Shown: piece after piece, positions 1-15,600 of the stretch
How the letters are laid out: each line of letters begins with the position of its first letter
Numbering within the stretch: position 1 is the stretch's first letter
Source of the DNA: Octopus vulgaris
Taxonomy: Eukaryota
Direction of reading: 5' to 3'
NCBI GenBank assembly: GCA_951406725.2
Contig: OX597814.1
Coordinates: forward strand, 53,196,001-53,260,000
DNA: 64,000 nucleotides
Notes under the pieces: model-generated
What the model was told of the DNA's origin: nothing
Databases searched by the model: none
What the model saw: the letters and a program-made list of their open reading frames with translations, nothing else
Position numbers and translations under genes: made by a program

Positions 1-508
1 AGTAACACATAATCTAAATGTTATAACATTTAAATTGACAGCTATTGCTTTGCACAACGCTCCTATATATCATAACCCACGCATTGGATATCTGAAGATA
101 TATGCAAACTTAGCTTTTGAAATGCAATGTTTACAGTCTGGAATATCATTAAAAGGCAGACTTATTTATTTTCCCATTAGAAAAGCTATTTATATTTCAG
201 AGATTACTACTGAGGCATTAAGAAGCGGGTAATAAGTAGGGTGAAGTGTCCCTGCCATGTAATAAGTGGGAGCCAATAATTCCAGGGTGGCTGCGTTTAG
301 ATAAAATTTTCCAAACTTTAGCTGACGTGGTACGTACTCTAAGAGATGGACAACTTCCGTAATATCAGTTCTGAAGTAGAATATTGGGCCACGGGACGGT
401 AGGATCCTATTCGCAGGTGAGAGTGTCAGCCCAGAGAGAGTGTGCGAAATATTAATATAAATACACACACACATGCATAAATACATGTATATATATATAT
501 GTGTGTAC

Positions 509-656
<148 letters not shown>

Positions 657-1454
657 ATCTGCTTGTCTGTCAGTCTGTCTGGCGAGCTGGGTGGATGGCT
701 AAATCTATCTGTTAAGTTTCAACAAGCCCTTAACCTCAGTACTTTCAGTCATACATACATACATACATACATACATACATACATACAAACATAAGCATAC
801 ACACACATACACACACATATACACAAAACTGCGACTAACATTGTGAGCGACTATCAATGATAGATCAAGACAACTCAGAAAAACCATAAAATCACGTCGA
901 CAGGTAATTCGTGGACAAATATTTAGTCTATCGCAAAAAGCCGAAGACTTCTCCATCCCTGAGTATGAACCTGTTACTTAGACTATGGTACCTGCCTTAC
1001 AGAGTAGACATCAGTCATTGTAATACGGCGATGATTCCCTAAGTCCACTTCCATCTATGTGCTCTTTTAAACCCATGTGAGTAGCAGCGCCTTTATATAA
1101 CGCTTTACGTAAACCCATGAAAATTACGGTAACCCCAGTAAAATACTTTTGCCCTTCTCAACAGTGCTGTTTGCTGTATACCCCGGCTAACCATTAAATA
1201 GTTTTGTATAGTCCCCACATCACTTTATGGGTTTTTAAATTTTGCTCTATTTCATATTAATTGATTTTTGTTTTGTTTTGTTGTACTCCATTTTTACCCA
1301 GTTAAACCTCGTATCAGAGACCCTTTCCTATCGTACGGGTGCAGCAGCAAGGGTACAAATGAGGTTACTAATCAAATGCATATGTAAATGCTCGACCGAC
1401 AGACAAACTAAGTGAGATAACGCAGGAAAAAAAATATATATATTTATAAGTATA

Positions 1455-1841
1455 CGAGCAAAACGCCCCCCGTCCAATGGACGGTGCTGAGTTGTCAAAT
1501 ATTTAAACCGAATTTTCTCAAAACAACTTGTCCGACCGTCCCATTTTGTGACATTATTTCAAGCCAGCCGGCTTTTTATGCCCAAACTGCACGTGCAGTA
1601 TTCTCGCGTACGCGTAGTATCGATCGCAACAGCTGATGTACTTGCGCGTACAAATGCACGTTCCCACGGCTTTATTGGTCGCATTCTCACCTGGAATCAA
1701 TTTTTGTAATTTTTTCAAGACTTATACGTGCCCTGATACCGTCGGTATCTACATATCAAATTTGAGCGCAATCGGATGGAGGATGCCCGAGATCCTAGAA
1801 GACACACACACACAGAGACAGAACGGATTTTATATAATAGA
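1455..1841 (-). mobile_element. Non-autonomous Helitron-like element (~390 bp)
   Basis: On the minus strand it starts A|TCTATTATATAAAA and ends with hairpin CCGTCC-ATT-GGACGG shortly before CTCG|T (variant of CTAG|T); internal (AC)/(GACA) repeat. Confidence 0.6.
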
Positions 1842-1990
1842 TGTGCATGCATATATACGTTTATAGATACATTGTAGAAATGTATCTGCTGACTGGGAAC
1901 TGCTCACAATTGTAAGTATATGTGATTGTGTGTCGAAGTCGAGTATACATGAGTGAGATAAGCAAAAGTATGTAGAAATATGTGTTAAGT

Positions 1991-2185
1991 CAGTGGTTCA
2001 TAACCAATGTTTTTTTACCTATGGACCACTTGGATGTTTAAAAAGTCATATTTTCATAACTGAATACTATTAGGAATTGTATAAAAAAATTAAAATATTT
2101 TGTGCATTATAGGAGTATTACCAATTCATTGCACATTTTAAGAACGACCCCCAAGGGCCTTATGGACCCCGGTTGAGAACCAATG
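1991..2185. mobile_element. hAT/Charlie-like MITE
   Basis: Imperfect TIRs CAGTGGTTCATAACC / GGTTGAGAACCAATG, resembling the CAGTGGTTCTCAACC termini of hAT MITEs; no clear 8-bp TSD. Confidence 0.55.
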
Positions 2186-2916
2186 TACCATGATACGCTC
2201 CATGTGATAATAAGTATTGATAAAAAAAAGGTTTTATTTTATTTATTCATTATTCCTCCATTATTCATGATTCATCTACTTTATTCGCTGCTGTGTATTA
2301 TTAACAGATGTACATGTTAATGTGTATGCACTTCGGGAAGATAACCACATATGTATACGTGTATTCAGTGATGTAGAAGTCATATATATGGGTACGTAAG
2401 GGTGCAAGTTAGTGCTTGAGTGTATCAAATCAAATAAGTTATTTGCCATGTTTTGCTCCAATTTTCCATCCAGTGATACCACTGACTCTACTTTTGACTC
2501 TATTTCCTTTTGATTTTATGCCCATGGTCTTAAATTCATAGTTTCGTTATTTTACTTATTTTAAATTATAACTTCCGTGAGAGCGGTCTGACTTTTACCA
2601 TACTAACATCACGTCAGCGCGTAATTTATGTTAAGCAATCAGAAGATACCGGCTCCGCCCAGTTAATCAAAGATACTGGCAGTCTCAATCAGTTTGATTC
2701 TGGGTAACCGAATAAAATTATGTTCCACCACCTGGTATTTATTTTTTTCATACGAGCGTCACAACGTCACAATTATTGTCTATCTATCATATACAAGAAG
2801 AAGAAGAAGAAGAAGAGGAAGAAGGTAGTGTTGGTGGTGGTGGTGGCGGCGGCGAGTGAAAAAAAAACGTCTTTCATCGCTCGCTGGATTCAAACACTGC
2901 GTCTGTTGCAAACCGT

Positions 2917-3200
2917 ATGATGATGGTAGTCTGCCGTGGTCCCAGAAAGATGGTTCTGCAATTTCTTGCTGAACAACCCGCACAAATTTATGCACTGTAC
3001 ATTAGCTCGCTCTTTCCATCAAATCGACGTTACCTGAACAGGTTTACGGTGCACCACACGTCAGGTGTCGAAGTGATCACAGGGCAACGTGAGATAAAGT
3101 GTTTTGCTGAAGAGCACGGTGCAACACCTGGTGTAGGAATTGAAATCATGATCTCGCGATTGTGAGTACAGCACCTCAAACACTAGGCCATGCGCCCTCA
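2917..3200 (-). mobile_element. tRNA-derived SINE (family C1)
   Basis: Minus-strand A-box-like head TGGCCTAGTG; body is colinear with 56255-56530; (CAT)n tail. Confidence 0.65.
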
Positions 3201-3285
3201 CTTTTAAACCGTAGAGTAGTGCTGATATACACGCATGCATCCATACGCACACAACCAGACACAGACATACATGTATACATACACA

Positions 3286-3323
<38 letters not shown>

Positions 3324-3396
3324 AACACATTCATATACATACATGTATACATATATACACACATAGGTATATATGTGTGGATATATAAAATATATG

Positions 3397-3500
3397 AAGT
3401 GTTTTGCCCAAGAACACAACGCGTCGCACGGTCCAGGAAACGAAACCACAATCTTATGATCATGATGCTGACACCCTAACCACTAGGCCACGCGCCTCCA
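3397..3500 (-). mobile_element. tRNA-derived SINE head fragment
   Basis: TGGAGGCGCGTGGCCTAGTGGTTAGG...GGTTTCGTTTCC (A/B boxes) followed by GTGTTCTTGGGCAAAACACTT. Confidence 0.6.
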
Positions 3501-4230
3501 CACATATAAAATATACAAACATACATATACATACACATACAACCACACAGACACATACATAGACATACACAGACACACAGACACTCACAGAGACACACAG
3601 AGACACACGAGATATCAAGACTTTCAGAGAAGTGTACATATATCTATGTATCGTGCGAAAAATGTCTATATAAATTGTATGTAGGTCGAGTTAGTCTGAA
3701 CTAGTTAGAACTAGTTTACTGAAGTATCTACTGCACCGAGAGAATATCCATAAATCCGTACATATACATACATACGCAAATACACACAAATAGACACACA
3801 CACAAACTTATGTCAAAGGAGACATAAACGATTAGTGTAATCCACCCAAAATTATAATTTTAAAGACAGTAGATGTTAAATACGTAATACATTATAACAT
3901 GTACTCACTAACTCATGCTAATGTCTCTACAGAAACTATTTTATATTATAAACGGTTGAGATATTTTTATAATGTAAACTTACGTAATAGAAATACAAGA
4001 ACAACCTTAGGAAACGGAAAAGAACTGCTCCAGCTGTGGACGTGTACATATGTCATTATAAGTGTATGCATCTTTATTTTCCAGGTTCTATTTTTTTCAG
4101 TTTCACACCAGAGAGAAAGCCAGTTTATTACATGTACATATGTACGTATGTGTACACAGATACATGAATGCAGGTATGAATGTCAATGTATATATAGTTT
4201 TGCGCGTGTGCATATATGTATACACACATA

Positions 4231-4266
<36 letters not shown>

Positions 4267-4267
<1 letters not shown>

Positions 4268-4610
4268 CCGAGATCGACTTTGCCTTTCATCCTTTCGGGG
4301 TCGATAAATTAAGTACCAGTTACGCACTGGGGTCGATGCAATCGTCTTGATCCGTTTGTCCTCTCTGTGTTTAGCCCCTTGTGGGTAGTAAAGAAATAGG
4401 TATTTCGTCTGCCGTGACGTTCTGAGTTAAAATTCCGCCGAGATCGACTTTGCCTTTCATCCTTTCGGGGTCAATAAATTAAGTACCAGTTACGCACTTT
4501 CGTCCTTTCGGGGTCGATAAAATAAATACCAGTTGAATACTGGGGTCGACATAATCGTCACATCCCCACCTTGCCCAAGCTGCCCTTGTTGCAAATATTT
4601 GAAATGGTTA
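4267..4610 (+). mobile_element. SINE family B, internally multimerised
   Basis: Core GCCTTTCATCCTTTCGGGGTCGATAAATTAAGTACCAGTT repeated about three times. Confidence 0.75.
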
Positions 4611-4640
4611 TTATTATCATCATTATTATCATTATTCTTA

Positions 4641-4842
4641 AGGCGAGCATGCTGGCAGAATCGTTAGAGCACCGGATGAAATACTTATCAATATTTACGT
4701 TCTGAGTTCAAATGCCGCCAAGGTCTTTACCTTTCATCCTTTCAGGGTCGATAAAATAAGTACCAGCAGAACAGTAAGGTTGGTGTAATCGACTTATCCC
4801 TTACTCCAAAATTGCTGCCCTAGTGGCAAAATTTGAAACCAT
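4641..4842 (+). mobile_element. SINE family B monomer
   Basis: Head GGCGAGC..CTGGCAGAATCGTTAG, GAGTTCAAAT B-box, same core, AAAATTTGAAACC end then (TTA)n. Confidence 0.75.
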
Positions 4843-5727
4843 TGTTGTTATTATTATTATTATTATTATTGAGTGAGAGAGCAGTATCCATCATGACTAC
4901 CCGTCTCATAAAGGTACATCACGTGCATGTATCACAGCCATATGTACGCTACAGATTAACCTCATATCAAGATAAATAGCGCATGACCTTGCAGGTGGGG
5001 GCCTAGTTGGAATTTTCTTCGGGTCGAGTAGCCCATTCTGCTCAAAAGGTCTCTGAACAAGCATTGTTTAATGATGATAAACCTATGTTTCCAGAGAAGA
5101 ATTATTCAAACGCGAAAGAATTCCTCGCAACAGATGACTACGATGCTCATCCGCTACTCCTGCTAGTGATCAGAGAGGCCCCTGTCGTCAGCCACTAAGT
5201 GACACGCTCAATTCATTAAGGTCAAGTAACTGACAGGCATATCTGAGGTATTCAGCAAGAATATTTTTTTGTAGCCTATCTTTTATACCAACAAAGAACA
5301 TGTATATGTTAACACTTCCAACTAGTTAAGCTCAGAAGTCATGAGAGCTTCTGCCTGGTATCATCATCGTCGTCGTCGTCATCATCATCATCACCGTCAT
5401 CAATAATAATAATAATAATAATAATAAGAAGAAGAAGAAGAAGAAATTCTGTTTTTTTTTTTAACAATTAATTCTAATAATAATAATAATTACAGTAATA
5501 AAAATAACGACAATAAAATAGTAAAGAATTGGCTGCCAAAAGCGATAATGAACTGGACAGAAAGCTTTCAAAAATTTTGTTGCAAACTTGTGCATATTTT
5601 TTCATCTCCCTGCAATTGCCAAACTAAGAAGATTACTTATATCCTGCGGTTAATTTGATAATTATAATCGTTTCCAACATAGCTTATTTTTGTACTCACT
5701 GTTATCCTAAATAATCGTCTATAGCAA

Positions 5728-5951
<224 letters not shown>

Positions 5952-7613
5952 CACTTAAATCATATATGCATGCAAGTGCATGTGTGTGTGCGTGTGCGTG
6001 TGTATGTATGAAGACATATATATATATATATGTATGTATGTATATACGTATAAATGCAAATATTATACTCTATATATCATTTTATGAATGTTATATACAC
6101 AAAATTACATATAATACACGTTAGATATAGCGTTTATATTGTGTATAAAAATATATAATATAAATATGTTATATGTATGTGAGTGCGTATGTGTGTATAT
6201 TTATATGCATGTTATGTATGTATGTATGTATGTATGTATGTATGTATGTATCTATCTATCTATCTATCTACACACATATATATATATCAGCCAATCACAG
6301 GATTTCAAAATCTTCCTACTAACAGCTTCTGAAAGCTTGTTATTAACGTATACATATACATCATACACACACACACACGTACATATACTTATAGGCGGTA
6401 GTATTAGACCGCACAGTGGATACAGTCTACTTCACCCATATGTGTGTGTGGTGTGGTGTGTGCGCGCGTGCGTGTACATATTTGTGTGTGATTGTGTGTG
6501 TGTGTGTGTGTGTTTGTGCGTGCTAATCATTGACCACATTCGCAGTATCTTGTATGTTTGGTAGTAAGTACTTTGCTAATTGGAACTCCATTATTTTTAA
6601 TTTCAAACATTTTACATGCAATATCATTAACTTTTAACTGTAGCCAAAAGCTATGTTTTGATATCCTTGCTCGTATGATTATGCATAAATAAATGTCAAT
6701 ATCCCAGCAGTATTTCTGTTAACTCTTTTACTGTGGATATCCACGCGAAATTTTATTACTCTTAACTGCGCAAAGGAATTTTACATACCAATCTACCTTC
6801 TGTTGAAGAATGTCATGTTTGAAACTGTTTTTTGTTGAAATATGTCAAGTTTATTGGGACTAAATAACTTGCAGAATCTACCAATTCTAATTTTTGGTAA
6901 ATATTTAACATCATTAGTGAAATAAGCAGGAATTTTTTTCAGTCAAACGGTTTCGAACGTCTAAAGGAAATCCAACCGACCACTATTCAATTTATTAAGC
7001 TCATTGACTGAAAGATTGTTGAAATCGAATTTAAAATCTTGCACCTCTCGACGCAGTTTCCATCAATATCAGTGGCAAACTGTTTATATAAAATTATTTA
7101 TACTGGACGAAGTTTATCACAGCGTCGCTCAGCGTCAATTGCAGCTACTGCTCATTCACAATGTCAAGCCTTGTCTGAAAACAGAAATTTCGTCCTGTAA
7201 AGCATATGAGTAGTTCCTTATTTCATAGCGCAGAGTTGAACACTTCTGGATGTATTGACCCCACCTATCTTCACAAAGTACACTATACTTAAATTAATAT
7301 TTTTATAAACAAAAACATAGTGGAATTTAATAAAGAATAAGAAAGCATTTAAGTGTTTTAAGTAATCTAGTTTGATATGTTATTGCTCTTAGTTCAAATG
7401 ATTGCGAAATAAAAACGCAAATGAGACTTTTGTCTTAGATATTGACAAAAGAAATTAGTAATCTTTTACCAAAATATACAGTACTATATATTTACATAAT
7501 TTATACAATGTTATTGAAATCGTTCGACTGGCAACCTTAAGAATTATATTTTGTGAATATGTATTTTGTTCATATACATGCGATATAATAACCACTAAAC
7601 TAGTAGCCTTGGT

Positions 7614-8041
7614 TGAGCTGGCAGAATCGTTAGAACGTCGAAAAAATGCTTTGCGGTAGTTCTTCCGACACTTTATATTGTAAGTTCAAATTCCGACAAG
7701 ATTAACTTTCATTCTTTCGGGATCGGTAAAATAAATTACCAGTCAAGTACTGGGATTGATATAATCGATTAACTCCCTCTCACTAAAACTGTGCCAAAAT
7801 TTGAAACGATCATTATTATCATTAGTAGTAGCGTGGCGAGCGAACCGAATCGCCAGAGCGTCGAAAAAATGCCTTGCAAAATTTTTCGATACTTCACGCT
7901 TTGTATTGAAATCTCACCGATCAGCTTTGCCTTTCATCCTTTCGAGTCGATAAAATGCAGTACCAGTCAAGCACTGAGATCGATATAACCGACTTGCCTC
8001 TCCCCTCAAAATTGTTAGATATGTGCCAAAATTTGAAACCG
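7614..8041 (+). mobile_element. Two tandem diverged SINE family B copies (7614-7808, 7834-8041)
   Basis: Each has the head, GCCTTTCATCCTTTCG-like core and GTGCCAAAATTTGAAAC end. Confidence 0.7.
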
Positions 8042-9847
8042 TTATTATTATGAATAGTGTTTCTGGAGAAGTAGTGCTAGTGTTATATCACTGATAACGG
8101 AGTTGTAGGTTTTGCCTGCACGTCGATCTATATATGTTTTGCGTGAATTTGACAGTGAAATATTGCTAAACAAATTTTAAGAGAATTCTTTTGTGAGAAT
8201 TGAAGAATTGCCCACCCATTCATAACTCAGTGAAATTTGGACAGATATATTGACAAATTACAATCTGGAAGAATGTTTTAAGTACGGACGGCTTATTTTA
8301 TGTATTTCAAGCTCATGTGTTTTTTTATGGACTGTTTAGTTATGTAAAATGTTACGAAAGAATTTAGTGTTTAAAGGCTTCGATGGTAAAAGAAGGGCTG
8401 TATGATATGAATGTGTTGGGACTTAAGAAATTACTTTAACTGAAAATTATTAATGCGAGAAATGATTATCACTGAGTCGCAGAATAGAAGCGAGTTACTG
8501 ATTATTAAATTACATGAAGTGTACCAACTCTCAGATAAAACCATTTCACATAATTTTCTGTGGAAACTCATGGATATCAAGCAACTTTATCTCTTATCCT
8601 ATAAATCCCAGCACATATGCTTATGTAAAAAAAAATCAGCAATATAATAGACTGAAATCAATGTAATCTCATTGCTTAATGAAGCGTTAGTTTGAACCTG
8701 TTGAACAAAGGGTGAGTATAAAATCAAATTTACTTTTAAGTCGGTTTCATCAGTAATATGTATGGAATTGAGAATATATTTAGACTGTATATACTGCAAC
8801 ATGTAGTCTGTTATGATTATATATGGTATCGCTAAAGTATAATTAAAAACTCCCAACTTTATATATCGTAAAAGTATTAAGTTTCGAGGAGTTTCTACGA
8901 TTTAAAATGATTCCATGACTCAATGATTCTTTATTATAGAGACATGAAGCTTGACATATATTGTTTCAGGAGGAAATTATGAATTACTTAAAGACATTAA
9001 CAACTTAAATGAAGCGAAATCGCTGCAATTTTATTTCCGTCAAAAAGTTCTCTTCGTATCACCTTTTTCTGTTGTAATTCCTGAAAAATTTATGCTTGAC
9101 TGTTAATTTATAAAAATACCCCTAATTTGACCGTAAAAATGACATATGAGAGAATGTCTATTGAGTTTTAAATAATTGTTCTTAATTGGCTCTTCATTCA
9201 TAATGGATGGGTGAAAATACTAATTAGAATATACAATACAATTTTGTGAATGATCGTTGGGTAACTGATTGCACATACTTATTCTCTTAATGATGTTAAC
9301 AATGGCGATTCTGGTCTGCAATCAAATTTTCAGTTTGCCAGTCAATTCGGCATCACTTAAATGAAGCCTGCTTATATTCACTGCAACATTATCATCATTA
9401 ACAATTTAATCATCATCATTATCAGCAATAGCCTCATAAAAAAGCAATATTATAAACATAATGTCTATTTGAACCCGTCTTTATGTAATGGTCTTGTGTT
9501 AGACAGAATGATTACCAAACGTTTAAAGTAGCTTACCATTAGCAGTGACAGATTAATGTTTGGGAAATAGCGTCAGTGTAATGTTGAATGGTCTTTCTGC
9601 AGCCTACAACGCAGAGTTCGGAATAACCTTATAGCAGAACACATTATAGGTTATTCTACACCAAGAATCACAATCTTTTCATTCAACTCTTGCGAAAGTA
9701 ATCATAATAACAAGTTAATTTAGATTATAGAATTAAAAAGATTCTTCTAACTAGATACAACTGAGAATATAAAGACTATATAATATCCTTTAAGTAATGG
9801 TTTTGACTAAATAAGGAGAAATAGAGGCGGATACATACATACATACA

Positions 9848-9879
<32 letters not shown>

Positions 9880-9886
9880 CATATAC

Positions 9887-9920
<34 letters not shown>

Positions 9921-10669
9921 GTGTGTGTGTGTATTAATACTATGGGATTTCTAATCGTAATGATTCCAAGAATATTGGTATAACACGTAAAGCAGCTCTG
10001 AGAATTGCAACTGGAATACAAAATCAACTTGCCATGTATTGTACGATTCCATTTATGTAGACAAAGCATGCAACTTGAGAATAATAGTCCTAAATTTTTG
10101 GAAACACTGACAACAAATCAACGCAGATAGTAGTGAAAAATGAAGCCCGATCCAATACCCAGTTTGCCGAAAAGGTAACGCTTTTAATAACAGTAATAAA
10201 CTGGCATTCAGTTTAAAGACAAAAGAAGTGGTATCAAAATGCATTCTCGAACTTGTAGTTATGAGAACCAAAAAAATAAAAAATAAACAAATCATGCTCA
10301 TGTGAGCACATATGCCATGTTTTATCTCCTCTTCCAAAGAACAAGAGGAAAAATTAATGTTTTTTTTGTTGATATGTTTGATATAATTTCATGCGTTGGT
10401 TGTTTAATATCAGTTGTTTTCTGTTTAATCCAACAATTTCTTCGATACGGTAATTTAGCTTCATACACATTGATATAATAACGATATAATAAATATTAAC
10501 CTGATAGTTTCATACATACATACATATATATATATTTACATATATATATATATATATATACTCAGACACACACACGTACATACACAGACACACACACATA
10601 TGTACATAAATACATACATACACATATATGTTTATATATATATATACATACATACACACACACACACAC

Positions 10670-10704
<35 letters not shown>

Positions 10705-11533
10705 CTCATACGCGCGCACACACATTAAAAATAGAAATTTGTAGTATTTCTAAATGTTTTATCTCTAAGCGTCTTTAGATATTTTTAAACTTTATTCTTT
10801 GTTATGTTTTCTTTTATGTGGATTTTGTTATTTTGGTAATTTTATTTGTTTAAATTTAAAATACGACTTCGTAAAGTTCCAAAGGACGGAGGAAAACACG
10901 ATGGTTTCCAAAGATGATGAAATGCTATGTAAATTTAATCATTTATTTATTTTCGTATTTACATTTTGTCGTTTACTTTCTCATTCCTAGTTACCCACAC
11001 GCAAACATATGTGAACAACAACCAGTTCAAGATAGAGACCAAAAAAAGCTACGAATACTGACATTCAGCAGCATTAAAACCACGCAAAATGTATATGTGT
11101 GTATGTGGATGCAAGTGTGTGTGTTTATGTATAAATATTTGAGAAATAATACGTTTTCAAATGTCAAGGGATTTGAGAAAGAAAATAAATTATTCATTTG
11201 TAATAATTTATTTTAAGTGTAAAAATATATCATTTCTCTCTCTATATTTATATATATAACAAAAAATTGCAGAAGCACCAAAGAAAGAATTGCTCGAATG
11301 TAGCCCAAAACATCGAGCTGACCAAAGTCATTCTCTCTCAGACACTCAGACATAAACACAGATACACACCCCGTTTCTGCCAACACGAATAAATTTTCTG
11401 TGACCCATTGGGTATGTTTTTAATCTCATAATTAGATTTGTTTCTACATACACATACACCGAATATATATACATACATATATACATGCATGCATACATAA
11501 AAACATACATACGTACGTACGTACGTACATATA

Positions 11534-11566
<33 letters not shown>

Positions 11567-11811
11567 TGATTTAACCGAAATCCTTAAGAAAACATATACT
11601 CTCGTAATCCACATCTGACAAAGTTTCGGCACACTTTTTCTGTATGACGTGTCTTGTACGTTAAGACGGATGTTATATGATTTTCCGTTTCTGCCCAGCT
11701 AACCATTTCCAAAAAGTTTGGAAGCGTTACAAGGTTTTTCAAACCTATATTTACATCCATTCCTGCAAAAGAAAATAAATGATAATCCGATTAGTCAACA
11801 GAAAATGCGAA

Positions 11812-11935
<124 letters not shown>

Positions 11936-12565
11936 GAAAAAATCATTATTTAAGTGAGAATAGTGAGTGTGTCTAGTAGAATTTGTGTTTTCTGAGAGGG
12001 AAGAGGACAATTAGTGCTCGGAGTAATTCTTCATTTGTGAAATTCACTTACAGTCCAATGTGGTTGACCCTATATTGTGACCATTTACAAATTTTGTATA
12101 GCATTTTCATCGACGTATATGTCATGCCTGTTTCCCATCGTCGTTTTGTAATTTGCTCGTGTAATATTTTCTTATCTACTGTCCTTATAGTATTGAATGA
12201 AACAGTCACTGACAGGTACCGACAGAATTTCCAACATATACTAAATGCAGCAACTTACAAACCGCGCTGAGTCATCACGATCGCGTGTGGATAAAGTATT
12301 AGGTCAGTTAAAAAGGACAATGCAGGTTGTCAGTATTGATGGAGACTCACATAACAACTGCATGTAGGTGGTAAATAAAACATATTTACAAGGTTTTCCA
12401 TATAAGATGAATTCTAATAACCAGTAACAGACTCTCGACTTCACAAAGCTTTATATTTTATTGGTTAGGATTTTAGCTTATAACACGTTAACCACCTTTA
12501 GACGGACAGCTATTCCTCAGCATAGAGCGAATAGACTGAATCATCTTATTGAAGACTACGAAATA

Positions 12566-12697
12566 TTGGTTTCAAATTTTGGTACAAGACCAGCAAGTTT
12601 GGAGAAGAAATAAGTCGATTACATCGACCCCAGTGCTCTACTGGTACCTATTTTGTCGACCCCAAGAGGATAAAAGTCGACCTCGGCGGCATTTGAA
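12566..12697 (-). mobile_element. SINE family B 3' fragment
   Basis: Reverse complement of the family B core and GAAACCAAT end. Confidence 0.7.
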
Positions 12698-15600
12698 AGA
12701 CGATACGAAATATTAGTATCGGTTAATGAACTTACAGCGATTTCCATGCAGATGACACTTTATTTTTACCTTGTCATATGTATTTTTCTTTTGAATAATC
12801 AGAACTGTTACTTTCGACACGTAGTCTCTTGACTATATTAACAACATAACACGATCATTTAAGGTTCATCGTTATGTATGTTATTCTAGCCATTTTTTAA
12901 CTCTATTAAGCAAGATAAATATCTTTTTGTTTTCTCATAGCGCATTCACTTGGCATCAGACAAATCCGTCTCGCTCGCTACTTCAAATTTTCATTTGGCA
13001 ACTACTATACATGTGCTGTTATTTCTCTATCTCATTTAATTATCACTCTGCTAGCTAGACACTGATTTCTGCAGAATCATTTCTACCAAATTAAATATAC
13101 ATATGTTTATCTGATTTTTCTTTTTACGATGGCCATTTATCGACTTACACGAACTTGCATCAACAACAAATTATCCTACTAACACTAAAGCATGTAAATA
13201 TCTATATATAGTTTCCATATCGGTATAACTTTTCACAAACATATTTATGTAAATTTTGCATTGAATATAGTAGCATCTAAAATATTTGAATTCTGTCTTC
13301 TTTTAGGAGTATTCACAAATCGTGTGATATGTAATTATTCGTTACGAAATAAAAGGAAAAATTATATACAATTTTTGATGTTATATCTAGAAAAATACTT
13401 TAAACTTTCCTATAAACTCATGATCCTTGGGTCAACAACCTAGTTGCAAGAAGCAAGGAAAATCCTACAACGACCTGGCTACTGAATAATGTTATCAACC
13501 TTTGTTAGTCAGGATAACGTAAGGATAAGAAAGACATGAACAAACTACAATGTAAAAAGTTTTGAGAGATGTCAAGAAATCTCGAAAAGATTATAACTTT
13601 GACTTGCTTCATGAATAAAAAAAATATCAAGACTGTACTAGAATGGGCATAAAAAGATTAACAATGCAGCAAATTGCCATTGTCTGTCCTACCTGACACA
13701 AGAAAATTATATTATTCTCCATAAATACGCATCGTAAAGAACATTAGTTCAATGCATCAGCTGCCATTCACTGTCTCACCTGGCATGCCACCAATTAAGT
13801 AGAACTTACCTATTGTTAAAGAAACGTGGTGAATTATATACCTTTTCGTTCGGTTTAACTTATTCTGGATTTCTTTTTCCTTTTAGAAATGAGTCAACAC
13901 CGGCTATGAAAAGCATCGTTATGTTCACTTATTCGAAGTAACGTATTTTCTATTTAGACATTGATAAAATTCTTACCTATTTTCTTAAAAACATATAAGA
14001 TTGGGTATCATTTCAATAACTGTGATTTCTTTCTATGGATTATACAAGAAACAACACACACTTGACAAAAAAAATAACACCTATGAATTTTGGTACAGAT
14101 TAATTTCTAGGATAATTATGTACATATATAAATTGAAGGTTCAACTACTTTCTGATCACAGAGCCTTACAAGCTTTACAGCCTTGACGGTGTGAAAACTT
14201 CCACTAAAAGCAGCTACCTAACAATATATGTGTAAATGTAAATTAACACTTATGTAACTTCACTTCTTCAATTTCTCCGTCTTTAGCAGTGTGTATGCAT
14301 TATGATAACTTCATATGAGAGTATTAGCACTCTGAAAAATATTCAAGACTGAATTACCAGAGAAATATTGTTTGCTAGTATACTATAAGTATAGTATACG
14401 CGTTGTAGCTTTCCTCGGTTTCTTGTACTGCACTAGAATGGCTTTTGATTTTCAAGAGTGACCGGCTTTATATTACCATCGACTAAAGTTACCGGATGAC
14501 AACGAGGTATATCAACGTTGGCACCTCAACCAGCTAGATGTAGCGGCTAAATTTCCTCTTAAGCTGCATTCAAAAACTGGTCATTGTAATTATGTCTTTG
14601 TTCATAGGTCTGTTCAGTCATGAACTATCTTGAGTTAAACAACCATAACAATAATAATTGATTGTGGGTGGTCTAGCGCCATCTGTCTTACAAGTCTTCT
14701 TTCCCAAAACGGCCCTTTGAAATTCCATTCAAAGTTGTAGAAGCTCAAGTTTAAAATAAATGGCATATAGAACTTCACAAATCAGAGGGGGCTCTGCAAA
14801 GGATTTAGGACTAATTCATCCGCAATCTAATCATCTATTAATTCTCACACGGAAAAATATTTTACAATGATAATCTAAATAAGTTGACACTGTAGGAAAC
14901 AAAAAAATTATCGTCTACTCAAACCGCTTTAGTTTGTGTATTCTTCCCAAATTAAGTGTAATGAGACAGAAACACGTTCTTAATTTTATATTTGTGAACT
15001 GCCATCTGGTAAAGAATATAAAATGTTTTCTTAAGCATATAACATTTTGTGAGATTAGTTCTTAATTTATTGAAATTACTTCGTCTTTTCTTTAAAAGTT
15101 ACTAACATTTAGTCCTAGTTCTTTTTCTTCCTTCGGCTAAGAGGGTAATTTTAATTAACTGCGGATTTTTTGCGTACGTCAGTTAGAAGATCCCTTCCTT
15201 ACGTGAATTATTTCATTTCATGCTATTCGTCTAGTAGATTCAATTCATTACGTATGATCGTTAAATATATTTTTTCAACGGTTTAAGAAAGAAACCTAAC
15301 ACTTAGCTTTGGATTGATGATATCTATTAAATATTATTTAAATAGAAATTAATGAAATCCACAGCCAACAACGTATGTATATCTTAAAGGCATAGAGTTA
15401 ACTGCACTCAACTAACAATCTTCCCAGCTACACCGTTCTCAAGCGTTGTCTAATTAAGAAATTAAATGAGGTCTGTCTCTGAGACGAGTCTGTGGTTCAA
15501 ATATCTCGCGGCCAAAACTTCTGTTTTAAACATATTACTTTTTTAGGCCACAATACCTTTCTTAAAATAAAGGGTTAAAGTGAATTCTCATCGAGAAGAC

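Noticed and set aside
190-420. Minus-strand protein-like frame (..TDITEVVHLLEYVPRQLKFGKFYLN..) with a possible acceptor
   Set aside because: No recognisable motif or linkable partner exon; cannot be supported without a search
4870-5360. GC-richer block that looks like an interspersed repeat
   Set aside because: Single copy in the window with no diagnostic termini or ORF; cannot be classified
12052-12138. Possible first exon MGNRHD.. with a GTAAGT donor on the minus strand
   Set aside because: In-frame TAA occurs before the donor
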